DNA from: an uncultured Lachnospiraceae bacterium
GTDB lineage: Bacteria > Bacillota > Clostridia > Lachnospirales > Lachnospiraceae
Direction: 5' to 3'
Assembly (NCBI GenBank): GCA_947086895.1
Contig: CAMUAR010000002.1
Span: forward strand, 45,253 to 109,252
DNA length: 64,000 nucleotides
Both the position numbers and the translations under genes were made by a program. Positions 46,604 to 54,913 of the stretch are shown in pieces. The first letter of the stretch is position 1. Each line of letters starts with the position of its first letter. The notes under the pieces are model-generated. The model did no database searches. It saw nothing but the letters and a program-made list of their open reading frames with translations, and was not told where the DNA came from.

Positions 46604-48016
46604 TTATCTTCCAGGGAATCCAAACAAATCATCAAACCAATTTCCATAGCCATTTGAATCGGATTCCTGCTGCTGGTTATTGCCTAAATTGTTGTCAGTT
46701 TCTTCTTCCTCCGGGCGTTCTCCAAGTGTCACATCAAGAATTACTTCTTCATAATTGCCGTTTGTAAGACGCTTTACTGTGATTTTTACGGTCTCACCCT
46801 TGCGGTAATACTGTAAATTACTCTTTAACTGTGTCATACCGGACACCGGCAGACCATCAAACGCTGTGATAATATCTCCTGCTAACATCCCGGCCTTCTC
46901 TGAGCCGGAGCCTTCTTCCACACTGCGAACATGCACGCCGACCGGCATATTGTAAGAACTTGCACTGGAAGCGGTAACATCCGAACCTGTGATTCCCAAA
47001 AATCCCTGATCCTCCTCGTCAACCAATTCCCTTGGCTCGCGCTCTGCAAGATTATTTAAAATAGACATTGCCTTGCTGATCGGAATTGCAAAACCCATAC
47101 CTTCCACATTGCTGGAAGCAAACTTTACAGAATTGATGCCAATCACTTCACCGTACATATTGAACAATGCGCCGCCGCTGTTTCCAGGATTGATTGCTGC
47201 ATCGGTCTGAATCAATGTATAAGTTACATTGTCCACTGTCACAACGCGATCCAGAGCGCTGATATAACCGGAAGTTAAAGACTGACCATATCCAAGAGCG
47301 TTTCCAATCGCCACAACCTGCTCGCCAATCGCGCATTCATCGGAGTTGCCAAGCACTGCGACAGCCAGCGAATCCAACACATTTTTTGGAATATCCGCAA
47401 TCTTTACACCCACAACAGCAAGGTCGTTGGAAGGGTCTGTTCCCTTAATATACGCAGAATATATCTGCTCTTCGTTGTCGTTTAGACATACGGTCAATTC
47501 GCTTGTCCCCTCCACTACATGGTTGTTTGTCGCAATGATAAGTTCTTTCTCTGTCTTTGCAACAATAATACCAGAACCCGCACCGCTGTTTTCATACTGC
47601 TGTTTACCGACAAATGGATTGTAGGATTCCACAATAGATTTTGATGTAATCGCAACAATCGACGACAAATACTTTTCCGCAATCTGCTTTGGCGTGTACA
47701 GCATCTTCCCGGAATTCTGATTATTTACAGAAAGAAGATTTCCCATCGCCTGCACTTCCGGCGTCTTAATATTGTTTTCATTTTCCTTTGACGGCAAATC
47801 CTGATCGCTGTTCTCGGCTAAAGCTGGCTTTGCTGTATAGTTTCCTACTGCAAAACCGCCTCCTGCCAACAGTGCCGCACATAAAACCACCGCGGCAGCT
47901 TTCGCAAATTTCTTTTTTTGACCTCGTTTTTTCTTGTGATCCTGCGGCTCAACTACCTTACACTCCGTAAAAACTTCCGCCTGCTCTTCCCTTACAAATC
48001 CATTTTCATCGTACAT
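46604..48016 (-). CDS. S1C (HtrA/DegP-like) serine protease with a PDZ domain
   Basis: Catalytic His (NNHVV), Asp (DLAVV) and Ser (GNSGGAL). N-terminal TM and a C-terminal PDZ-like region. Confidence 0.9.
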   Translation of the reverse strand: MYDENGFVREEQAEVFTECKVVEPQDHKKKRGQKKKFAKAAAVVLCAALLAGGGFAVGNYTAKPALAENSDQDLPSKENENNIKTPEVQAMGNLLSVNNQNSGKMLYTPKQIAEKYLSSIVAITSKSIVESYNPFVGKQQYENSGAGSGIIVAKTEKELIIATNNHVVEGTSELTVCLNDNEEQIYSAYIKGTDPSNDLAVVGVKIADIPKNVLDSLAVAVLGNSDECAIGEQVVAIGNALGYGQSLTSGYISALDRVVTVDNVTYTLIQTDAAINPGNSGGALFNMYGEVIGINSVKFASSNVEGMGFAIPISKAMSILNNLAEREPRELVDEEDQGFLGITGSDVTASSASSYNMPVGVHVRSVEEGSGSEKAGMLAGDIITAFDGLPVSGMTQLKSNLQYYRKGETVKITVKRLTNGNYEEVILDVTLGERPEEEETDNNLGNNQQQESDSNGYGNWFDDLFGFPGR

Positions 48017-48372
48017 ACATATAACCTCCGTTCCATTTTTTTATCCAGTATCTGCAAAATTCCTGACTTCACTCAGACTTTTTCTCTGTTTTTGCCACCT
48101 TGACTGCCTTTCCTCTTAACCACTTTCATTTACGGATTTTGCTTTTTCATTCCTTTTACTGTTTTTCTTTTTGTTGTCTTAGTTTTCCTGTCGGCTCTCT
48201 AAATATCCGCCGCTCTGTTTGTTTTCTATGGCTCTATCATAACTATAAATTGTGAAGGATGCGTGATGGGATTTTGTATTTTTTGTGAAATACTCTGATT
48301 TTCCAGATTTTCTAAAATTATATTAAAATGGAATCAAAAAATTGCTGTAAAACGATCGCTTAGAAAGCAACA

Positions 48373-48398
48373 AAGAATCCTGCTTTGCAGGATTCTTT
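48373..48398 (-). terminator. Candidate terminator hairpin after the EAL-domain gene
   Basis: AAAGAATCCTGC pairs with GCAGGATTCTTT. The T-run is only partial. Confidence 0.4.
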
Positions 48399-48452
48399 AT
48401 ATCAAAACATATATTGTATTTTTATAATAAATACTTGATAAAACAACTGAAT

Positions 48453-50207
48453 CTATACGGTACTGTTTTTTTGCTGCATTACTAACAAATCAAAAAACTC
48501 ATCCGCTGGCATCGGTTTTGCATAATAATATCCCTGAACTTGGTCACAGCCCATACTTTGCAGCATCTGCGCCTGCTCCTTCGTCTCTACGCCCTCCGCC
48601 AAAAGCTCAAGATCCAGCTTATTTGCCATAGCAACAATCTGTTCAAGAATCAGCCGCCCTTTGTCAGATATCATCATATTTTCCATAAATCTGCGATCCA
48701 GCTTAATCACATCGAACGGAGTTTCCAAAAGAATATTCAAAGAGGAATACCCGCTTCCAAAATCATCCATCAAAAGCGTAAATCCCTCATCCTTCAGCTG
48801 CAGTGCTTTCAAACTAATCTGCTGATCTGCCGCTGTTTCCGTAATTTCAAGTTCCAGCAGCTGCTTTGGAACAGAATTGCATTTCACCATATCCGAAAGC
48901 ACCCCGATACAATCACTGTCTCTAAGATGAATCCGCGAAACATTGACGGAAATCGGACATAGAGTAATCCCAGCAAGTTCACATTTATGAATAAAGCGGC
49001 ACGCTTCCTCCCAGATATAGTAATCCACTCTTTTGATAAAACCATTTTCCTCAATAATCGGAATAAACTGGTCTGGATAGATAATACCGCGCTTTGGATG
49101 ACACCAGCGCACAAGCGCCTCCGCTCCGATAATCTCATTTTTTACAATACTGTATTTCGGCTGAAGATACATTACAAATTGGTGTTCCAAAATTGCCGCC
49201 TGCATATTCTCCTCAATAAACTTTCGATTATACAGCGACTCCTTAAACTGTTCGCGGTAGAATAAAATATTGGTCAGCATGCTGTTTTTTGCCGCCTTGC
49301 GCGCCATCGCAGCCCGATCTTCCATCTGGCGCAGATCCATTCCGCGATCTTCCACAGTATAGACGCCATAAGACATATGAAGTCTCACGCCTTTCAAACT
49401 TCCAATTCTCGCATCAAGCCGATAAATAAACTTAATCAGCTCTTCTTCCCGGTCGTATTCGGTCACTACCATAAATACATCACTGCGCAAATTAATATAA
49501 AATTGACCATTACTGCAGCAGCTTTTCAACTGGCGGTTAATAAACTCTAAAACCTCGTCTCCGAATTTTTCTCCATATAAATCATTGACAATTTTAAACG
49601 TTCGAACATCAAACTGTATAAACCCGATACTTTTTTTTGAAGAATACAAAAGGTTGTTGACATTCCTGTAAAAACGGCTGCGTCTGCGGATCCCCTCAAG
49701 CACGCGATGCATCTCGTTTTCTGGAATATCCTCCAAATGAAACGTGCTTTCTTTAAAATTTTTTGTGTAGTCCTTCAGCATCTTTTCTAAAATCTCAATA
49801 CTGATCTCCAGCGCTTTCGGGCATTTTTTTAGAATCAATCCTTCTTTTCGAATCTGAGCCAGATCCTCCGGCTTTGAAATATCTTTTCCCAAAATATCTC
49901 TGCAATAGATTTTTCCATCCATGCGCTCGGAAAAAAGCCTTATAAATTCTTCTGTCTTTTTATTTCCATACACTTCACGCTCTCTGTCCTGCGCATCATA
50001 AAATCCAAACGCCATTCCCAGTACAAGCAAAGATGCTGTAATACATCCGCAGGTTCCTCCCTGCCGCATCCCCCCGCCAAAACATGTACTGATCCGAAAT
50101 GCTGTTTTTAAATCCAGGCCAAAATCTTTCGCAAATGCCCCAAACAGCGCTTGTGAACAATGATACTGCTGATGCAAAAGCTGTTCCGCCTTTTCCTTAT
50201 GTGTCAT
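48453..50207 (-). CDS. C_GCAxxG_C_C-family domain fused to a degenerate GGDEF domain and an EAL phosphodiesterase domain
   Basis: N-terminus HCSQALFGAF...GGTCGCITASLL. The GGDEF position reads RSDVF. EAL motifs present: EALVRW, ELEITE, DDFGSGYSSL, EGVET. Start taken at ATG 50207 (GAGGTG RBS). Confidence 0.8.
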   Translation of the reverse strand: MTHKEKAEQLLHQQYHCSQALFGAFAKDFGLDLKTAFRISTCFGGGMRQGGTCGCITASLLVLGMAFGFYDAQDREREVYGNKKTEEFIRLFSERMDGKIYCRDILGKDISKPEDLAQIRKEGLILKKCPKALEISIEILEKMLKDYTKNFKESTFHLEDIPENEMHRVLEGIRRRSRFYRNVNNLLYSSKKSIGFIQFDVRTFKIVNDLYGEKFGDEVLEFINRQLKSCCSNGQFYINLRSDVFMVVTEYDREEELIKFIYRLDARIGSLKGVRLHMSYGVYTVEDRGMDLRQMEDRAAMARKAAKNSMLTNILFYREQFKESLYNRKFIEENMQAAILEHQFVMYLQPKYSIVKNEIIGAEALVRWCHPKRGIIYPDQFIPIIEENGFIKRVDYYIWEEACRFIHKCELAGITLCPISVNVSRIHLRDSDCIGVLSDMVKCNSVPKQLLELEITETAADQQISLKALQLKDEGFTLLMDDFGSGYSSLNILLETPFDVIKLDRRFMENMMISDKGRLILEQIVAMANKLDLELLAEGVETKEQAQMLQSMGCDQVQGYYYAKPMPADEFFDLLVMQQKNSTV

Positions 50208-50333
50208 ACTGCACCTCATTTCTGCAATTATTTCTGCTTTTTCATTTCCGACCAGTGCTGTGTTGTCATAAAACCTTCCTTATAGTAATATTTTAACAGA
50301 AAAAGGAGATTTTGTGAAGCATTACTTTTCATC

Positions 50334-51425
50334 TTATCTTTCCTGCATACTTTTAAAACCTTCCGACAGCATTTTCATTACCATAGATTGCAAAGCCTTT
50401 TTGGATGCTTTATCCAAATGATCATAAGTCTTTAACATCGCGCGCACCGCGCGAAAACCGTCCATACGAATATCGGTCAATGTGCGGTTTTTATCCGCCG
50501 CAAGCACCGAGAACAAGGATTCGGTAAATTGTCTGCGCTGTTCATCACTCATATCGCTCAATATCTTTCGTATTGTCATATCTGCGATTCTGCTCTCTTT
50601 TGTCACACTTTCAAGATGAATAAACTGTGTTCCGCACACTTCCCAGCTAAACCCATCATGCTGCATCGCCCCTTTTTCCAGGCTCTGCACAACAGTATAA
50701 TTTTCATCGTGTTCCAACAGCATCCCTACAATCGACGACTGCGGCACTGTTGTATTAATTCGCCTGCGAACCACCTCATACTCTTTTGTCTGTACAATGG
50801 ATTCTTTAAACCCTGGACCATCGTGATTAAACACTCCAAGAATTTGCTTTTGTTTCGCTTCCCCTGCGTTTGTAGCAGCATAGACCGCAAGGTTTCCTCC
50901 TTTCGAATGCCCTCCGATATACCACTTACAATTTGAATGCGTCTCCATCACCCATTTTAGATAGCGAACTGCCGCCGCCTGAGACGGCACGGTATCCATC
51001 ACACTCATCAGAAAATCTTCCTTCCATCCAAGCAGCGTATCGTCGGTTCCCCGGTAAGCAAGATAGCACAAATCCTTGTTTAACTGGAAAGTAACGGCGG
51101 AAAATTGCATATTTTTATCGGTATCCACTTCCTGCACATAATTCGAAAGAAGGATATTGGAAAATCTTTCGCTGTCCGCCATCAGTTTCAGCATTGAAAA
51201 ATAATCTGGTTTCTGCAAATCTCCTGTATTTTTTTGTTTGTCGCGCTCCTCGGCAAAATATTGCCCCGCCGCCTTATCCAGCGAAACTCCTTCGGAATTC
51301 TGCGCGATGCTCTCAAAATTTAAATAGGATAATTCCGCCAAAATAAGGCTGTCAACTTCATTCAGAGAACTCTTATCAAAAGTAAGATCGCCTCTCCACC
51401 GGATATAATCAAGTATATTTGCCAT
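50334..51425 (-). CDS. DUF2974 (Mbeg1-like) alpha/beta-hydrolase-fold protein
   Basis: MANILDYIRWRGDLTF N-terminus and a lipase-like GHSKGG nucleophile elbow. Start taken at ATG 51425. Confidence 0.75.
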   Translation of the reverse strand: MANILDYIRWRGDLTFDKSSLNEVDSLILAELSYLNFESIAQNSEGVSLDKAAGQYFAEERDKQKNTGDLQKPDYFSMLKLMADSERFSNILLSNYVQEVDTDKNMQFSAVTFQLNKDLCYLAYRGTDDTLLGWKEDFLMSVMDTVPSQAAAVRYLKWVMETHSNCKWYIGGHSKGGNLAVYAATNAGEAKQKQILGVFNHDGPGFKESIVQTKEYEVVRRRINTTVPQSSIVGMLLEHDENYTVVQSLEKGAMQHDGFSWEVCGTQFIHLESVTKESRIADMTIRKILSDMSDEQRRQFTESLFSVLAADKNRTLTDIRMDGFRAVRAMLKTYDHLDKASKKALQSMVMKMLSEGFKSMQER

Positions 51426-51731
51426 AATATACCCCTTTTTGTCCATCGCAGTTTCATGTTCTGCTGCTCTGCTTTTATTGTATTCTTATCAAGATAAAAA
51501 ATCAATGTTGGAAGTATTGATTTTTTGATAAAATGCAGTAAAATGATAGTTGCTGTATCTGTCCATGCTGCTTTTTGTGCCTAATCTGCTGTTTTGACTC
51601 TTATTATTACATACACAAAAATTTTTAAGCATATCCCAATAAATTGCCGGACAAATTTTTTAACAGCAAAAAATTTAATAAAAAAACAAATGTGAAAAAA
51701 CTTCACAATTACAGGAATGGAGGATTTTTTT

Positions 51732-52595
51732 ATGGAGGAGAAAAAACCGCTGAAAGCAATATTCCTTGATTATGTTATGATTACCATTGCCGCTCTTTTG
51801 CTTGATATCGGGGTATATCTTTTTAAATTCCCAAACAATTTTTCTTTTGGCGGTGTAACGGGTATTTCTGTGGTTTTAGCTTCCAAATTATCGCTGTCTG
51901 CAAGTACCTTAAACTTTATTATCAATATGCTGCTGCTTGTCGTAGGGCTTATTTTTCTTGGAAAAGGTTTTGCTATGCGCACAATCTATGCCAGTGTTGT
52001 TATCTCTGTACTGTTAAGCGCAATGGAAAAGTTATTTCCGATGTCCGCCCCTCTTACAAACCAGCCTGTACTTGAACTGATCTTTGCGATTATTCTGCCC
52101 GCGGCAAGTTCTGCTATCCTATTTAATATAGGTTCCAGCGGAGGCGGCACAGATATTATCGCAATGATACTGAAAAAATACACAAGCATCCATATCGGAA
52201 CTGCTCTTCTTTTTGTTGACCTTTTTATTGTGATCGCTTCATGTTTTACCTTCAATATTGAAACTGGTCTGTTTTCCCTCTGCGGACTGTTGGCAAAATC
52301 GCTCGTTATTGATGACGTTATCGAAAATTTAAACCTCTGCAAGTATTTTACGATTGTCTGTGACTCCCCAGATCCAATCTGTGACTTTATACAGACCAAA
52401 CTAAACCGAAGCGCCACAAAGTTTGAAGGAGAAGGAGTACACGAACACCATCGAAAATATATTATCCTCACGGTAATGAAGCGCAGCCAAGCGATCCAGT
52501 TAAGAAATTTTATTCATGAAACACAGCCGGGTGCTTTTATTATGATCACAAACAGCAGCGAGATTATCGGAAAGGGATTCCGGGGACTGAATTGA
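51732..52595 (+). CDS. YitT family membrane protein (with a C-terminal DUF2179-like domain)
   Basis: Polytopic N-terminal part with GGVTGIS / GGGTDII motifs and a soluble C-terminal domain. Start at ATG 51732 (GGAGG RBS). Confidence 0.75.
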   Translation: MEEKKPLKAIFLDYVMITIAALLLDIGVYLFKFPNNFSFGGVTGISVVLASKLSLSASTLNFIINMLLLVVGLIFLGKGFAMRTIYASVVISVLLSAMEKLFPMSAPLTNQPVLELIFAIILPAASSAILFNIGSSGGGTDIIAMILKKYTSIHIGTALLFVDLFIVIASCFTFNIETGLFSLCGLLAKSLVIDDVIENLNLCKYFTIVCDSPDPICDFIQTKLNRSATKFEGEGVHEHHRKYIILTVMKRSQAIQLRNFIHETQPGAFIMITNSSEIIGKGFRGLN

Positions 52596-52681
52596 TGGAA
52601 AGACCCGCATCCCTACTGTTTTTTGTATCATACCTATTTTTCGTATCCCTATATACAACCTAAAAAAGTTGACAATCCTAG

Positions 52682-52710
52682 TTGACGATTGGACTAGTTT
52701 AAGATATATT
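52682..52710 (+). promoter_or_regulatory. Candidate promoter (TTGACG - 17 nt - TATATT) of the DtxR/MntR-family gene, with direct AGTTGAC repeats
   Basis: Hexamers at 52682..52687 and 52705..52710. AGTTGAC occurs at 52668..52674 and 52681..52687. Confidence 0.35.
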
Positions 52711-52835
52711 TTAATTCAGTAGATGTTTCTGAAAACTACAGTTACGGCTTATCCACAAACTATTTTTTTCAATTTCTGAAAGGAGAACGGCGCTTACCGC
52801 GAAACAACAGCGGTGCTTTGTGCCTGTAAAAATTT

Positions 52836-53204
52836 ATGAATACAAACGAATCTGCTGAAAATTATCTTGAAACAATTCTAGTCTTAAGCCAACGTCTCCC
52901 TGTTGTACGCTCCGTTGACATTGCCAACGAACTGGGCTTTAAAAAATCAAGCGTAAGCATAGCAATGAAAAATTTGCGCGAAAAACAGCAGATTACGGTA
53001 ACAGACGCGGGCTTTATCTACCTGACTGAAAGCGGAAAAGCAATTGCCGACATGATTTATGAACGCCATCAGCTTCTTTCGGTATGGCTTACCAAACTTG
53101 GCGTCCCGGAAAAAATTGCAACCGAAGACGCCTGCCGCATTGAACATGTAATCAGCTCAGAAAGTTTTGAAGCAATCAAAAAACATGTAACCACATCCAA
53201 TTAG
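52836..53204 (+). CDS. Metal-dependent transcriptional regulator, DtxR/MntR family (short, 122 aa)
   Basis: SAENYLETILVL... N-terminus and an HTH (RSVDIANELGFKKSSVSIAMKNL) typical of DtxR/MntR. No clear RBS. Confidence 0.75.
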   Translation: MNTNESAENYLETILVLSQRLPVVRSVDIANELGFKKSSVSIAMKNLREKQQITVTDAGFIYLTESGKAIADMIYERHQLLSVWLTKLGVPEKIATEDACRIEHVISSESFEAIKKHVTTSN

Positions 53205-53240
53205 CATTCTAAAAGCCGTGCGTTAAGTGTTTTTTTCTTT

Positions 53241-53422
53241 GGACGCCCGCATGCAATCGAGTAGGGAAGGTTTGTCTTCCCTACTCGCTGCGCCAGCAGC
53301 ATAATTCCACTGCACGGGTCTGCCTTCTCAAATCGAGCAGGAATGCTTTTTCTCCTGCTCGCCGCGCGACCCGTGCGCTGCGCCAGCAGCATAATTCCAC
53401 TGCACGGGTCTGCGCATAAAAA
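53241..53422. repeat. Structured intergenic repeat element, two tandem units at locus 2
   Basis: Hairpins CGAGTAGGGAAG...CTTCCCTACTCG (53258..53287) and CGAGCAGGA...TCCTGCTCG (53334..53361). Each is followed by GCGCCAGCAGCATAATTCCACTGCACGGGTCTG, at 53290 and 53379. Confidence 0.8.
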
Positions 53423-53467
53423 CAGGTTGTCTGGTGTTTTCATCCTGGACAACCTGTCTTTTTTGCC
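53422..53467. terminator. Bidirectional terminator between the DtxR-family gene and the CarD-like gene
   Basis: CAGGTTGTC pairs with GACAACCTG, flanked by AAAAA upstream and CTTTTTTG downstream. Confidence 0.65.
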
Positions 53468-53471
53468 GCGC

Positions 53472-53984
53472 TTACAATAGTTCCAGCGCAAGCCTCTCCA
53501 ACAACAATTCTTCCATTTTTGCCTTCTCACTGCGAAGCGATACCGCCAACTCTCCACAGAGCTTGTCCTGCGCTGTTTTCAGATATCTTTCCTGAAGCGC
53601 TGTCATTTTCTTTCCCTGCCCAAGCCGCCGGTCACGTTCACGGCAGATCGTTTTGATTGCTCGAACCCATTCTGTACACTCGCCAGACAAAACTGCCAGC
53701 TTGCACTTATCATCCAGTTCCTTTGCATTTGACGCCGCCAGCTGCTCCACCTTTGGAATACACTCCAGCAGCTCTCTCGCCTGAGCCTCCGTCATAATTC
53801 TGCGGCATTTTAAAACCGCTCCTGTCTCAACTGGACTATAGACCGTGGCACTCTTGTCATATACCGGCTTTAAAATATAATACTCTTTTTTCTCACCGGT
53901 TCCCGGCACATCCATCCAAGTAACCCCCGCGACCCTGCATACCCCGTTTGAACCATGCGAAATGTAATCACCTTCTGCAAACAT
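53472..53984 (-). CDS. CarD/CdnL-family transcriptional regulator-like protein
   Basis: N-terminal FAEGDYISHGSNGVCRVAGV...YYILKPVY is the CarD_CdnL_TRCF (RNAP-interacting) signature. Confidence 0.75.
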   Translation of the reverse strand: MFAEGDYISHGSNGVCRVAGVTWMDVPGTGEKKEYYILKPVYDKSATVYSPVETGAVLKCRRIMTEAQARELLECIPKVEQLAASNAKELDDKCKLAVLSGECTEWVRAIKTICRERDRRLGQGKKMTALQERYLKTAQDKLCGELAVSLRSEKAKMEELLLERLALELL

Positions 53985-54244
53985 ACCTCACGCTCCTTTG
54001 GCCATAAACCAAATACAACAGCTTTATCAAAAACTGCTGTTATTCCAAACTGTAATATGCTACATTCCTATTTTACCAGAAATTCTCTGATTTTGTAAGG
54101 ATAAATTTCAAAAATAAAAAGATTTTAGCATATTGAACGAGAGCAAACCGACAAATCTTGTGCAATTTTACCATGGGAATATCCATAATAATATTGCTTG
54201 CAATCTCAACTGGCGGAGAAATCTTTCACTTTCTCTATTTACAA

Positions 54245-54607
54245 TCACAAAAGCATTTTCCCCGGTTCGTAGCCAGAATGATAAATTATCTGCCTAAGCC
54301 AAGATTCCTCCGGCTTTTGTTTGGTATAAATTTTTGCAATTCCTTTTTTCAAATCTACAACGGCATACATTCCTTTTTGCCGGTTAAAGGCATTTTCCAC
54401 TTTTCTTTTACATTCTCTGCAAGTCATTCCCTGTACTTGAAGCGAAACACAATATAAATAATTTGACAAATCAGTATCCGCCGCTTTTACTTTTTCAACT
54501 TTATCTCTGCCGCCTCCGCAGCATCCATGCAGCATTCGTTTTACCGTACTTTTCAATCCGATATAACAAAAAATTACCAGCGCGCCGACAACGATTGCAG
54601 TACCCAT
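54245..54607 (-). CDS. FeoB-associated Cys-rich membrane segment fused to a heavy-metal-associated (HMA) domain
   Basis: Start at ATG 54607 (GGAGG RBS 4 nt upstream). MGTAIVVGALVIFCYIGL TM, then HGCCGGG, then an HMA fold with GMTCRECK. Confidence 0.7.
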   Translation of the reverse strand: MGTAIVVGALVIFCYIGLKSTVKRMLHGCCGGGRDKVEKVKAADTDLSNYLYCVSLQVQGMTCRECKRKVENAFNRQKGMYAVVDLKKGIAKIYTKQKPEESWLRQIIYHSGYEPGKMLL

Positions 54608-54709
54608 AGAACCTCCATTTCTGCAATAAACTCTTGAAATCTCTTTTTGTTTTCTTTTATTCTTTTCTCTGTTCCACAATACTTCTGTATCATACGCCAA
54701 TAATATTTG

Positions 54710-54877
54710 CTATCCCTTCGTTTCTTCCTTTACCGGCGAGGACCCGCAATGCCCGCCGCAATAACTGCAATTTCCACCGCACACCGGTGATTTTCCATTT
54801 TTTTTGTCACGTACCATTCCCCGGATTACAAAACCAACAATCAAAAGCAAGATCAGCCCGACGCCGACTGTTCCCAT
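54710..54877 (-). CDS. FeoB-associated Cys-rich membrane protein (55 aa; not in the ORF track)
   Basis: My translation: MGTVGVGLILLLIVGFVIRGMVRDKKNGKSPVCGGNCSYCGGHCGSSPVKEETKG, with stop TAG at 54712..54710. GGTGG RBS. Lies immediately downstream of feoB. Confidence 0.7.
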   Translation of the reverse strand: MGTVGVGLILLLIVGFVIRGMVRDKKNGKSPVCGGNCSYCGGHCGSSPVKEETKG

Positions 54878-54913
54878 AAAACCACCAAATCCTTTCCAAA
54901 AATTATATTATCT

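Noticed and set aside
53201-53557. 118-aa ORF containing the duplicated peptide DPCSGIMLLAQR
   Set aside because: The duplication simply reflects the tandem DNA repeat. The ORF also overlaps the CarD-like gene's 3' end and crosses a terminator hairpin, and it has no RBS.
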